Source: an uncultured virus (IMG/VR IMGVR_UViG_3300005460_000001)
Taxonomy: Duplodnaviria; Heunggongvirae; Uroviricota; Caudoviricetes
Length of the DNA: 64,000 bases
Reading direction: 5' to 3' (one strand)
IMG/VR virus record: IMGVR_UViG_3300005460_000001
Coordinates: 1-64,000 of that record
Below, in pieces: positions 28,913 to 38,905 of this stretch. Each line of letters starts with the position of its first letter. The stretch's first letter is position 1. The notes under the pieces were generated by a model. It worked only from the letters and a program-made list of their open reading frames with translations, was not told the DNA's origin and did not search any database. Both the position numbers and the translations under genes were made by a program.

Positions 28913-29030
28913 TCGAAATCGGGTTTTTGGTTTCCTTATTATTTCTGGGTGTCGGTAATCCGGCACCCGGATTATTTTTTCTCCTTAAACATTACATTAA
29001 TATACGCATTACATAAGGAGGAATTATAGT

Positions 29031-29453
29031 ATGCTTTTAAGAAATGAAAGTCGAGTTAGGCATTTTGTGGAAATTAATTTGACATATGATGATAAGGAAA
29101 GTAATAATCTAATAGTTAATGAAGGAGATAACGTAGCTATCAGTTTTAGAAAAAATGGAAGGATAGCTATGGGAGAAGGAAAGATTACAGAAATAAAGGT
29201 GCAGCATAGAGCAAGATGTAACGGTTTTGGAATGAAGGAAACTGCCATCTTAGAAATAGATATGTCTGGTGATTGCAATTCACAAACTGAAAGTGTTGAT
29301 ATACGAGATATAATAGACATTAGAAAATTAGTTCCAAAGCATTGTCATAAATGCGATAAAGTAGATCCTAGCTTTATAGTTAAGCCTAAAGATAAAGATA
29401 CGATTGGAGTGGTCGGGATGCCAATATCTCCAGGGGGTGTAATAGGTGAATAA
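29031..29453 (+). CDS. hypothetical protein (paralogous to 59275..59898)
   Basis: 140-aa ORF, AAGGAGG RBS, AACA-N6-TA at 28988. Confidence 0.75.
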   Translation: MLLRNESRVRHFVEINLTYDDKESNNLIVNEGDNVAISFRKNGRIAMGEGKITEIKVQHRARCNGFGMKETAILEIDMSGDCNSQTESVDIRDIIDIRKLVPKHCHKCDKVDPSFIVKPKDKDTIGVVGMPISPGGVIGE

Positions 29454-30153
29454 AAAGCAAAGAGAAGAAATAGAAGAACTTATAATAAGTTCTTTTAATA
29501 TCTTGGACAAATCTGGTACTAATTCAGAGTATTACAAAGATTTGTTTAGTAAAATGAGTGATTCTCAATTTCATTCATTTATTGCAAAGAAATATCCTGG
29601 TAAATTTTATTATCGCCCATCAGTTACTGAACCTACGATGGATGACATAGAAGAAGCATTGAACTTTATTGGTGTTCCCTTAAGCGAGAAGATTAATATG
29701 CCTTGGGTTTATGAGGATAAGGATGGAAATCCAGTGCAGTCTAAAGAATGTACAGTTGTATATTTACATCATAAAAAGGTCCAGCAATTCATAACAAAGA
29801 AAAATAAATGGGCTATTTCTGTATCTAACAGAGATATGAAGGGTGGGCGCTTAATTGGAGCAGATAAAGGTGCTGTAACATCAGATAGAGAATTTGAATC
29901 TATGGAAGTTCAGTCTATGAATAATACCGTTGACGAGTTCTCTACGTTTAGGGCGGACTCTATGAAGTCTAAGAATATGGCTAATGCAATAATTGGGACT
30001 ACCGGTGTATTACATTTAGATGATGTAAAGGTAGATAAAGATGATTTCCTATCTAAGAACCTAATGAGTGCTTATATGATTGGAGCCCATTTGAATACGA
30101 ATATCGTAAATGAGGGTAATTATACTCCGACTACATTAAGATCGAAATCTTAA
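29446..30153 (+). CDS. putative RNA polymerase beta C-terminal fragment (second, probably virion, RNAP)
   Basis: CTVVYLHHKKVQQFITKKN...KGAVTSDREFESM resembles the beta 'VGxMYxxKLxH...GxRFGEME' region. Confidence 0.5.
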   Translation: MNKKQREEIEELIISSFNILDKSGTNSEYYKDLFSKMSDSQFHSFIAKKYPGKFYYRPSVTEPTMDDIEEALNFIGVPLSEKINMPWVYEDKDGNPVQSKECTVVYLHHKKVQQFITKKNKWAISVSNRDMKGGRLIGADKGAVTSDREFESMEVQSMNNTVDEFSTFRADSMKSKNMANAIIGTTGVLHLDDVKVDKDDFLSKNLMSAYMIGAHLNTNIVNEGNYTPTTLRSKS

Positions 30154-30196
30154 TATTTTCATTTATATATTATATTTTTGAAGGAGGTGAGTATAA

Positions 30197-30313
30197 ATGG
30201 AACAGCAGTACGGAACGGTTATTCAGGAACAAGGGGATTTGGGGTTAGGCTTATATCCCATCAATGAATCCCAGGACGAGCAGCAAAAAGAAGATAAAGA
30301 GGATAAAAAGTAA
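30197..30313 (+). CDS. small acidic protein (38 aa, not in the ORF track)
   Basis: TATATTAT promoter, AAGGAGGTGA RBS, MEQQYGTVIQEQGDLGLGLYPINESQDEQQKEDKEDKK*, then a hairpin. Confidence 0.65.
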   Translation: MEQQYGTVIQEQGDLGLGLYPINESQDEQQKEDKEDKK

Positions 30314-30423
30314 GTACATATGGGTATGGGAGGGATTCCATACCCATAAAATTTTCTGATAGTAACACATTAAGAAATGTGTAACTATAAATCAATAACA
30401 CAATAAAATGGAGGTATAAAAGA

Positions 30424-31662
30424 ATGAATGTAAAATGTATTGGTATTGGAGCCGCAGGAAATAAGGCGGCAATTACTCTGGTGGAAAAGAAAGTACTGGC
30501 ACAGGATAATGTATTATTAATCAATTCTACATTAAAGGATATCCCTGCAGATTACAAGGGGCTGGCTGTGGAATATGTTAATTCTTATGGCGGCTGCGGG
30601 AAAGAAAGAAAAAATGCGTATGATCTTGCAGTAAACTCCATTAAGGCTGGAAAGATCCCGCTGGATGATTTTCTCAATATTGGAAAAAGCAATGAGGCGG
30701 AGCTGGTAATCATTGTAACTTCAACTGAAGGCGGTACAGGTTCTGGTTCATCAATTATTATTGGTAAGTATATTAAGAGCCATTACGACATCGATGTGCA
30801 TATGTTCGGATTTGTTGGGTTCAAGACCGACCCAAGGGGTCTGAAGAATACAGTAGAGTGGTTTTCGGAGCTGCAGGAAGATTTTGCGGTGGAAGCTGTT
30901 GAGAACAGCAAGTACTTACCAGAATGCCGTGGAAACAAGATCAAAGCAGAGAAGATGGCGAACGAAGACTTTGCTAACAAGATTGGCATTCTGATCGGAA
31001 ATACAATCAGATATTCAGAGCACAATATCGACCCGACTGATCTTCTTAAAGTGTCTGCAAAGCAGACTGGATTTATGGTAATTGAATCTGCGAATTTTGA
31101 GAAGATCAAAAACAAAGAACAGTTCGAGGCGATGGTTGTCCGTATGATTGACGATAGCAAATCAGTTGATGTGAGCAATGTTAATGCTAAGAAATCTGCG
31201 GTGTTCCTGAATATTAGTCCGGCTTCTACTGATTTTATCTCTTATGAAGAAATCATTACCGAGAGGTATGGGGAGAGATATGAGAATTACGAGCATATTC
31301 AGCACGAAGCTGATATGCCAGAGTTCTTTGCGATTATCATTGCTGGTATGAAAATGCCGGTAGAAGAAATCCAAAGAGTATATACCGAATATAAAGACCG
31401 CATGGGGCAGGTTGACCGTTCAGGAGACGACTTCTTTGCATCTGTAAGTGCATTGTCGTTCGATGATGATGATGATCTGTCGATCCATGGCAAAAAGAAA
31501 AAGACTATGAGCGACGATGAGTTCTTTGCGAATCTCGATAAACCAGTTGATTCTCCGTCTGCTTCAACAAAAGTCGTGCGGCCATCTGCTGAAGGGAGTG
31601 AGTCCAGTGGGAAATTCTCTAATGTAAGAGTAGAGAAAGCAGACATCGCAAAAGAATATTAG
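30424..31662 (+). CDS. tubulin/FtsZ-family GTPase (PhuZ/TubZ-like)
   Basis: IGIGAAGNKA, LLINST, GGCGK and the GGTGSG tubulin signature, NIDPTD; acidic disordered tail. Confidence 0.9.
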   Translation: MNVKCIGIGAAGNKAAITLVEKKVLAQDNVLLINSTLKDIPADYKGLAVEYVNSYGGCGKERKNAYDLAVNSIKAGKIPLDDFLNIGKSNEAELVIIVTSTEGGTGSGSSIIIGKYIKSHYDIDVHMFGFVGFKTDPRGLKNTVEWFSELQEDFAVEAVENSKYLPECRGNKIKAEKMANEDFANKIGILIGNTIRYSEHNIDPTDLLKVSAKQTGFMVIESANFEKIKNKEQFEAMVVRMIDDSKSVDVSNVNAKKSAVFLNISPASTDFISYEEIITERYGERYENYEHIQHEADMPEFFAIIIAGMKMPVEEIQRVYTEYKDRMGQVDRSGDDFFASVSALSFDDDDDLSIHGKKKKTMSDDEFFANLDKPVDSPSASTKVVRPSAEGSESSGKFSNVRVEKADIAKEY

Positions 31663-31670
31663 GAGGAATT

Positions 31671-32534
31671 ATGTTTGATAATTATCAATATAGTGAAGGA
31701 GGGACCCCAGAGGTTCCTCTTTCATTTTCTTACAACAGTATTGAAGAAGTCATTAATATGCTAAGGCATGTTGATGACTATAGTGACCGGGACCTATATG
31801 AACTAGTTAAGAAAACCTATTCTATGATCCTGGACGAGATTTTCACTATTAAAAACGTAGACCTAATCAGGATGCTGTATAACACTCCAAAGTTTATAAC
31901 AGCATTAACTGCAGTATTAGGAGAAGTAGAATTAAACCAGATTCAATTTATTTGGTGTAACAAATTAACATATGACTATTTCACATCGACTGCTGAAAAG
32001 AACTTATATGTTAAGGCTTTGCTTTTGCAGCTAAGTTCTACAGTTAATAGAAGATACACTCCAGGTTTAATCGGACTGGGCTTAAACGAAAATCTAGTAA
32101 GTTATCTAGTAAACGCAAGATTCTCAACCGAGAAAGAGGATATTCAAGTAAAAAGATTAAATCTCATATTAATGAATCAAAGCCCAGACATAATGACACT
32201 ACAGATGATTGTAGACATTTATGGTAAGCTCTTTGATAGGATAACTCCTCTGTTTTCGGGGATTATGTATGATTATTGGGAACCGGAGTCTTTAATGAAT
32301 GATAGCATAGCGGAAGTTTATGCTACTATTACTATGGCTATAATAACTATCGTAAACAATCTTCCGCAAGATTTATGCTTGCAGTTATTAAAGAGCTTTG
32401 CGGAATCTCATTGCATAGTAAATATTGGAAAGTCTGTTAGGTTTAATATATATGCAATTGTCGAAGAGGATTTTCCGAGATTATATTTATGCTTAAAAAT
32501 ATTAAAGGCAAACAATATTGTGCTGCCGTCATAA
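31671..32534 (+). CDS. hypothetical protein in operon with tubulin
   Basis: 287-aa ORF, AGGAGG RBS. Confidence 0.8.
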   Translation: MFDNYQYSEGGTPEVPLSFSYNSIEEVINMLRHVDDYSDRDLYELVKKTYSMILDEIFTIKNVDLIRMLYNTPKFITALTAVLGEVELNQIQFIWCNKLTYDYFTSTAEKNLYVKALLLQLSSTVNRRYTPGLIGLGLNENLVSYLVNARFSTEKEDIQVKRLNLILMNQSPDIMTLQMIVDIYGKLFDRITPLFSGIMYDYWEPESLMNDSIAEVYATITMAIITIVNNLPQDLCLQLLKSFAESHCIVNIGKSVRFNIYAIVEEDFPRLYLCLKILKANNIVLPS

Positions 32535-32541
32535 TAAGTAT

Positions 32542-32731
32542 AACTAATCTTAATGAGAAAATTATAATCTGATGGAGCAAATGAATCTATATAGTGGGAT
32601 TTTAATCTAGTGTCATGCATGAATCTACCCTTCAAAATTATAATCTAGGCAGAAAGATGAATCTAACCATGATAATTTTAATCTGAAACTCCAAATGGAT
32701 CTCAACATCAGAATTTTAATCCGGATTGTTA
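32542..32731 (+). repeat. orphan TIGR-like dual-repeat array, 5 units of 38 nt
   Basis: nATGAATCT and nATTWTAATCT repeats in exact 18/20 alternation with 10 unique spacers. Confidence 0.88.
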
Positions 32732-32738
32732 AATGGTT

Positions 32739-32775
32739 ACCAGAGTACCTAAATGGGTACTCTGGTTTATTTTTT
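32739..32775 (+). terminator. intrinsic terminator after the orphan array
   Basis: ACCAGAGTACC-taaatg-GGTACTCTGGT followed by TTATTTTTT. Confidence 0.75.
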
Positions 32776-32817
32776 ATCATCTCCGAAACATTTTAATAAA
32801 ATGAAAGGAGAGATAAG

Positions 32818-34053
32818 ATGTATTCATTATTAGACGGATTTAGAGAGAGGACTTTGAAGTCTAAGGATAGCCGAATGTCGCAAGAGACAGTGCCTGACGT
32901 AGCGTATTCTACTGGATTTCTTGGATTTGATTTTATGAATGGTACCGTTGTACATGTAAAAACACCAGAGAAAAAATTTGCATATAATTCAATAGGAATA
33001 GTAGATGGCTCTATTACAATGGTAATCGGGAGATCTGGTTGTGGTAAGACCACATGGGTTGTTCAGTCTGCTGGATATATTATGAAACAATTCCCAGGAG
33101 CACAAACCTGGCATGATGACATCGAGGGAGGTATTGTAGAAACTAGAAGAGAGAGACTTGTTGGATTATTCGGTAATAGTATGAAAGATAGATACCTATC
33201 CAGAAACTCAGGAGTTACTGCAGAGAGTGTGTATGAACGTATAAAGATTATTCATGACCTTAAAATGGAAAATAGAGAAGATTACGAATATGATACTGGA
33301 TACTATACATCTGGCGGAGAAAAGATTATTAAACTTCAACCGAGTGTCTATATTCTCGATTCTTTAGCAATGCTTACTCCAGACAAATATACAGAGGAAG
33401 AAGAATTATCTGGGCAAATGTCATCCACAGCAGCAGCAAAAACAAATGCCAGTGTATTTAAAAGAATTGTTCCACTTCTTAAAAGTGCAAATATCATGCT
33501 ATTTGTAATCAATCATATCACTGATGCTATAAAGATTAGTATGTTTGATTCAAAGCCTGCGCAATTGTCTTATCTTAAGCAGGGTGAATCTTTACCAGGA
33601 GGGAAAACTCCAGTTTACTTATCGAATCTTTTAATTAGATTTGATGATAATACTAAGCTTAAAGAATCAGAAGGTTTAAAGATAAGTGGTAGTATAGTAG
33701 ACATATCATTACTTAAATCTAGAACTTCAAATGTTGGGAAATCAGTTCCTCTTATATTTGACTTTAAAAATGGATTTGATAGAGATTTATCTTTGTTACA
33801 GCTTCTCAAAGATATGAAGAAAGTCAATGGGGCTGGAGCTTATCTTTACTTTGGGGATAGAAGCGATAAGAAATTCTCCCAGAAACAATTTAAAGAGAAA
33901 CTCATTGAAGATGATGAATTTAGAGCAGTATTCATGGAAACAGCTCTTGAATCTCTTAAAGATCTTCTTTACGACCCAGGGGAGATGCCAGATGTGGGAT
34001 CCAACGTGATAGATATCACTGGTAGAATATTAGATATGATGAAAGTAGCGTAA
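32818..34053 (+). CDS. recA: RecA/UvsX-like recombinase
   Basis: YSTGFLGFD, GRSGCGKT, DIEGG, ILDSLA, VINHI and PGGK motifs. Confidence 0.85.
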   Translation: MYSLLDGFRERTLKSKDSRMSQETVPDVAYSTGFLGFDFMNGTVVHVKTPEKKFAYNSIGIVDGSITMVIGRSGCGKTTWVVQSAGYIMKQFPGAQTWHDDIEGGIVETRRERLVGLFGNSMKDRYLSRNSGVTAESVYERIKIIHDLKMENREDYEYDTGYYTSGGEKIIKLQPSVYILDSLAMLTPDKYTEEEELSGQMSSTAAAKTNASVFKRIVPLLKSANIMLFVINHITDAIKISMFDSKPAQLSYLKQGESLPGGKTPVYLSNLLIRFDDNTKLKESEGLKISGSIVDISLLKSRTSNVGKSVPLIFDFKNGFDRDLSLLQLLKDMKKVNGAGAYLYFGDRSDKKFSQKQFKEKLIEDDEFRAVFMETALESLKDLLYDPGEMPDVGSNVIDITGRILDMMKVA

Positions 34054-34156
34054 AGTATATGGGAGATGCCTCACCGAGGCATCTCTCGAAACAATTCATT
34101 TGAATATATATTATATTCATGAAATAAAATACGAATGAAAGAGGGACGAAAATACT

Positions 34157-36364
34157 ATGCAAAATTTTCATGAAATTATGGAAAAAGAATCTGAACGAAT
34201 AAGCTCGCTTGAACAGGTTCTCGGTAAAGGACTATACCAACCGTTTTCAATATCTAATTCTGGTTCCAGAAAAGTATTGTTTAGTACCCAGTTGGACCAC
34301 TCCATCCCGTTGCTTAATCCGGAAATTCCAATAATTTCTACAGGATATGAAAACAAGTATGGAGATTACTCAGCATCTATTATTAAGATGGATGATGATT
34401 ACGAGGTAATAAAGAAAATTTCTAAGTTTTCTCGTATTCCTAATCATCAGTATTTATTAATAATAAAAAATAAGAATACTGGTCAATTAGATGTGTTAGA
34501 GAGAATCATGTACAAGAACAAAACTGAATCTTATGGGTATCTATATGATACTAAAATAATGGATGAATTAGACGAAGGGTATACTATTAGAAAAGGAGAG
34601 ACGGTAAGGTCATCTAAAGCGTATGACGGATATATGAATCGTTGCGATGGAGTGAATCTCAAAGTGTCATATATATGCCAAGACAAAACTATGGAAGATG
34701 GCATCAGAGTTTCTCAATCTGCAGCTATTAAATTATCTTCTCCATTTATTAAGAAAATCCCCCCAGTATTTCTTAATGATAATGATATACCTCTTAACTT
34801 ATATGGAGATAGCGATACGTATAAATGCTTCCCAGATATAGGAGAGAAAGTTAATGGTGGATTGGTATTTGCTACAAGAAGAGAAAATCAGGACGATATT
34901 TTATATACGCAATCAATAGAAATGCTCAAACAGGTATTAATGAGCGATTCAAAGTATATAGTATCTGGGGATTCAGAGATAATTGATATAGATATCCAGA
35001 CGAATAATCCAGATATGCTTGGAAAGTTTCAGAATAGCCAGTTAAATTATTACTATGAGGAGAAACAAAGATACCTGTTTGAAATTATAACTACAGTAGA
35101 ATCCCTTGCGGCAAAAGGAGATAACTATATATCATATGAATTAGAAAAGTTGTATGTTGAAGCCAAAAGACAATTTCAGAATACAGAGTATTTATATGAT
35201 AAAACATTCTCTGGCACCATGTTAGAGATTACCATACTAGAAAGAAACATTCCATCTGTAGGAGATAAACTTTCTAATAGATATGGAGGAAAAGGAGTAA
35301 TATCCGAAATAGTATCCGATAATCTAATGCCCATAGATAAGGATACCGGGAAGGCAGTAGATATTTCATTTAATAGTTCCACATGTGTAAACAGATTAAA
35401 TGATGGGCAATTGAAAGAACAGTCTTTGACCCATATAGGCTCTAGAATTATCCAGTATATAGTACAATCTGGAATGGTACAAAATACGGATGCAGCTCTA
35501 GCACACATTGTAAAATTTGTTTTATTATGTTCTCCTCTTTATGGTAGAGTGTTGGATAGCATGATATTAGAGATGAGTGATGAAGACAGAGATATTTATC
35601 TTCAAAATATAATAGACAGTGGTTATATTGCTTTGTGTATCAAGCCGGCTAGTGAAAACCTGACCCTGGATCAATTAGATGTGATTTATAAAGAGTTCCC
35701 GTATGTTAAGCAAAGAGAAATGATGGTGCCTATAAAGGATAGTAATGGTAATATAAGATACGTACCATCTAGACGTCGTATAGTGGTTGGAGATATGTAT
35801 ATCTACAGATTGAAACAATATGCGGAAGAAAAATTCTCAGTAACAAGTTTATCATCTGTGAATATTAGAAATGAAAATACAAGGTCTAAGCTTTCAAAGA
35901 ACTATAAGAGTTTGCACTCTAATACTCCTATTAAGTTTGGAGATATGGAAAGTAATGATCTAGGCCATGCTGGTATTGAAAATGTATTAGCTATACTGAT
36001 GATTCATTCAGTGTCTCCACAGGCAAGAAGATTAGTTTATGAAATGCTTACAGATGACCCATACAATATTGATATACGACTCTCGGACAATGCGGTAAAC
36101 CGTACAGCACAAATAGCAAATATATATCTTAAAACAATGGGATATCGTCTAAAGTTTATCAAGATCAAAAAGAAGATACTCCATGGGTTATATAAAAAGG
36201 GTATGGTATATCATTGGGGAGATAAAGAGCTTCCTCGCGGCATGACTTACATCAGTGACGAAGAAGAGTATGATTTCGATAAGAATTATCAAAGAATGCT
36301 TGAAGCCGAAGAAGAGTTTGCTAAACGAGGAATGGTATACGAAGGTATGCATTATGAACCATAA
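34157..36364 (+). CDS. rpoB: multisubunit RNA polymerase beta subunit, C-terminal part (split)
   Basis: MEDGI, VGDKLSNRYGGKGVIS, VGDMYIYRLKQ and KFGDME. Confidence 0.9.
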   Translation: MQNFHEIMEKESERISSLEQVLGKGLYQPFSISNSGSRKVLFSTQLDHSIPLLNPEIPIISTGYENKYGDYSASIIKMDDDYEVIKKISKFSRIPNHQYLLIIKNKNTGQLDVLERIMYKNKTESYGYLYDTKIMDELDEGYTIRKGETVRSSKAYDGYMNRCDGVNLKVSYICQDKTMEDGIRVSQSAAIKLSSPFIKKIPPVFLNDNDIPLNLYGDSDTYKCFPDIGEKVNGGLVFATRRENQDDILYTQSIEMLKQVLMSDSKYIVSGDSEIIDIDIQTNNPDMLGKFQNSQLNYYYEEKQRYLFEIITTVESLAAKGDNYISYELEKLYVEAKRQFQNTEYLYDKTFSGTMLEITILERNIPSVGDKLSNRYGGKGVISEIVSDNLMPIDKDTGKAVDISFNSSTCVNRLNDGQLKEQSLTHIGSRIIQYIVQSGMVQNTDAALAHIVKFVLLCSPLYGRVLDSMILEMSDEDRDIYLQNIIDSGYIALCIKPASENLTLDQLDVIYKEFPYVKQREMMVPIKDSNGNIRYVPSRRRIVVGDMYIYRLKQYAEEKFSVTSLSSVNIRNENTRSKLSKNYKSLHSNTPIKFGDMESNDLGHAGIENVLAILMIHSVSPQARRLVYEMLTDDPYNIDIRLSDNAVNRTAQIANIYLKTMGYRLKFIKIKKKILHGLYKKGMVYHWGDKELPRGMTYISDEEEYDFDKNYQRMLEAEEEFAKRGMVYEGMHYEP

Positions 36365-36453
36365 TAATGAGGGAAAGATGGAAACGTCTTTCCCTTTTAT
36401 TTTTTAAATTGTAAAGTAAATATATAATATAATAGTGAAAGGAGTGATAGTCA

Positions 36454-38817
36454 TTGAATTCTTTGAGCTTAGACTTGAGTCAAATCATTAGAGACTGGCA
36501 GCAAGGAAAGCGCATTGAATATTGGCGTAACGAATTGCTTTCAAATAGTTCCCAAATTAACGAATATGTCGTGTCATTATTAAGAGGACCAATCTTACCT
36601 TGTAATCTTCCGTCTACTATAGAGTATAATGTACGTAATATTTTGATTATATCAAATATATTGTATAATAATACAAATGCAAGTGCATTATTATTGGAAG
36701 ATGGTATTTATGATAAATTGGTAACCTTTTACCATTATTATACTGGTAAAGATGTAGTAGGTGCAATACCAGTACGATTTAAAGATACAGTGGAAAAGAA
36801 ATCTGAAACTGTAATGATTAAGGGAATGGAATATTTGAATAGTGATTATGACAATAAGTTCTTTGAGAACTCATTATTCTTCGAGGACTTATATCATAAT
36901 GCTCCGTTCAACCCGGAAGTATCTCTATATCCGGGTATGACATATGATAATACAGTTACAAAAAGAATTAGAAATACAACACATGCGAATCCAGAATTAG
37001 TTGGAACTTTGGATAAATGCAAATTCTGTTTAGTTTCTCAAGCAAGGAATACAGATCCAAAGTTATTGGATGATCCAACTGTAAAGATCGTAGAAAGAGA
37101 TTTCTTTGCAAAACACATAGAGGAAGGATTGATAAATCCAAATGAAATAATTGATGTGTGTTTGGAACTGAAGTACGACGGAGTATCAATAGAAGCTACA
37201 ATATTCAATGATAAAATTGTTCGAGCCGGGACACGTGGAGATACTGAAGCTGATTTAGCATCTGATTTGACTCCTATTTTGAAAGGGTATAGGATGCCTA
37301 GAGCATTGCCTTTGAACAAGGAGATCAATGTCAAATTTGAAGCTATTATGACATACTATAATTTGCAAAAATACTCAGAAGCTAAAGGAAGAGACTTTAT
37401 TAATGGGAGAACAGCCATTATTTCTTGGATAGGTTCTTCAGACGCGTATAACTACAGAGAGCTAATTACTCTAGTACCACTGGCTACAGATTTAGTTGAC
37501 GAAAACGGACAGCATATAGACAGGCTTGTAGAAATAGAGTTCATGAATAAATTCCTTACAAGAACCGAGTTACTTAGGTATTCAGTTATAAGTGGGAATT
37601 TTGAAAGTGTACTATATCAAGTATATAAGTACTCTAAAGAAGCCGAATATATGAGAAAGCTTATTCCGTTTATGTATGACGGAATTGTTATATCATATCT
37701 TGATCCAAGAATTCGTCAAGCATTGGGCAGAAAATCGTTTATTAATAAATATACGATAGCCCTAAAATTTGAGCCGCTGGTCAGAAGGACCCGGTTTGAT
37801 CATTATACCTTTGAAGTTGGGCAGAATGGGGTCATCACCCCACGGATTTGGTATGATCCTGTGGAGTTTTTTGGCTCCATTCATCCAAAATCTTCTGGGC
37901 ACTCATATGGAAGATTTAAAACTTTATCTCTTAGGAAAGGAGATTTAATCGATGTCACCTATCGAAACGACGTCATGCCATATGTAACAAAGGCAGATTG
38001 TATAGAGAATGATAATAATCCTAATCCTATAATAGAGTTTCCGAAATTCTGTCCGGAATGCAATACTGAACTCAAGTTTACAGATTCCTCCGCCAGATGT
38101 CCAAATCCAAAGTGCAAAGCAGTGATGAGGAAGAAGCTCACGAATATGATGGCTAAGCTCCAGTTTAATGGGTTTGCTGAAGAAACTATAAATCAGCTTA
38201 ATATAAACTCATTTCATGAACTTATGCAATTGAAGCTACAAGATGTGGAATTCCTTGGACCATTAACCGCGCAATCGTTAATAGCTCAAATTGAAGAATT
38301 GAAAGTTAAGGGGTTGCCAGACTATGTTTTAGTTGGGGCTCTCGGGTTTACGAATTGTGCTGCCGCAGTTTGGAAAAAGATATTTTCTGTCATCACATTG
38401 CACCAGCTTATTGAGTTAGCTGATCTTAATTATATAGATGGAGTAGACGATATATGGTATATACTTGTAGATATTCCATCTATAGGAGAAAAGATAGCTC
38501 AAACGATTTGTTACGAGATTCCGGACTATATAGCAGATCTTATGTATATAAGGGATCACGTTAGGTATAAGATTACCTATGGAAGCAAATCAGTAAAGAT
38601 GCGATTCACCGGATTTAGAGATAAAGACTTAGCTGGTAGACTTGTAGAGGCAGGAGTGGATTTGTCAGAGGGATCAGTTACAAAGGATACAACTTTCTTA
38701 GTTGTTCCCTATGAAGGTTACAATACAGGAAAGAAATATAAAGATGCCAATAAATATGGGGTGCCGATTATTACCAGAAATGATTTGGAAGAGCATTTTT
38801 CCAATTATACAAGTTAA
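36454..38817 (+). CDS. ligA: NAD-dependent DNA ligase
   Basis: ELKYDG, TRGD, DGIV, ALKF, VGQNGVITP; CPEC..CPNPKC Zn finger; HhH; C-terminal BRCT. Confidence 0.92.
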   Translation: MNSLSLDLSQIIRDWQQGKRIEYWRNELLSNSSQINEYVVSLLRGPILPCNLPSTIEYNVRNILIISNILYNNTNASALLLEDGIYDKLVTFYHYYTGKDVVGAIPVRFKDTVEKKSETVMIKGMEYLNSDYDNKFFENSLFFEDLYHNAPFNPEVSLYPGMTYDNTVTKRIRNTTHANPELVGTLDKCKFCLVSQARNTDPKLLDDPTVKIVERDFFAKHIEEGLINPNEIIDVCLELKYDGVSIEATIFNDKIVRAGTRGDTEADLASDLTPILKGYRMPRALPLNKEINVKFEAIMTYYNLQKYSEAKGRDFINGRTAIISWIGSSDAYNYRELITLVPLATDLVDENGQHIDRLVEIEFMNKFLTRTELLRYSVISGNFESVLYQVYKYSKEAEYMRKLIPFMYDGIVISYLDPRIRQALGRKSFINKYTIALKFEPLVRRTRFDHYTFEVGQNGVITPRIWYDPVEFFGSIHPKSSGHSYGRFKTLSLRKGDLIDVTYRNDVMPYVTKADCIENDNNPNPIIEFPKFCPECNTELKFTDSSARCPNPKCKAVMRKKLTNMMAKLQFNGFAEETINQLNINSFHELMQLKLQDVEFLGPLTAQSLIAQIEELKVKGLPDYVLVGALGFTNCAAAVWKKIFSVITLHQLIELADLNYIDGVDDIWYILVDIPSIGEKIAQTICYEIPDYIADLMYIRDHVRYKITYGSKSVKMRFTGFRDKDLAGRLVEAGVDLSEGSVTKDTTFLVVPYEGYNTGKKYKDANKYGVPIITRNDLEEHFSNYTS

Positions 38818-38905
38818 TCAACTTCATTATAAATGCAGATGTGGTCATATACTATATCTGTGTAGAAAACTACAAATATCTTAAACGTTTAGGAGGAAAA
38901 GAAAC

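Noticed and set aside
28457..29016. ORFs 28457..28642 and 28822..29016 from the track
   Set aside because: They overlap the tRNAs and the structured RNA, have no RBS and have atypical composition.
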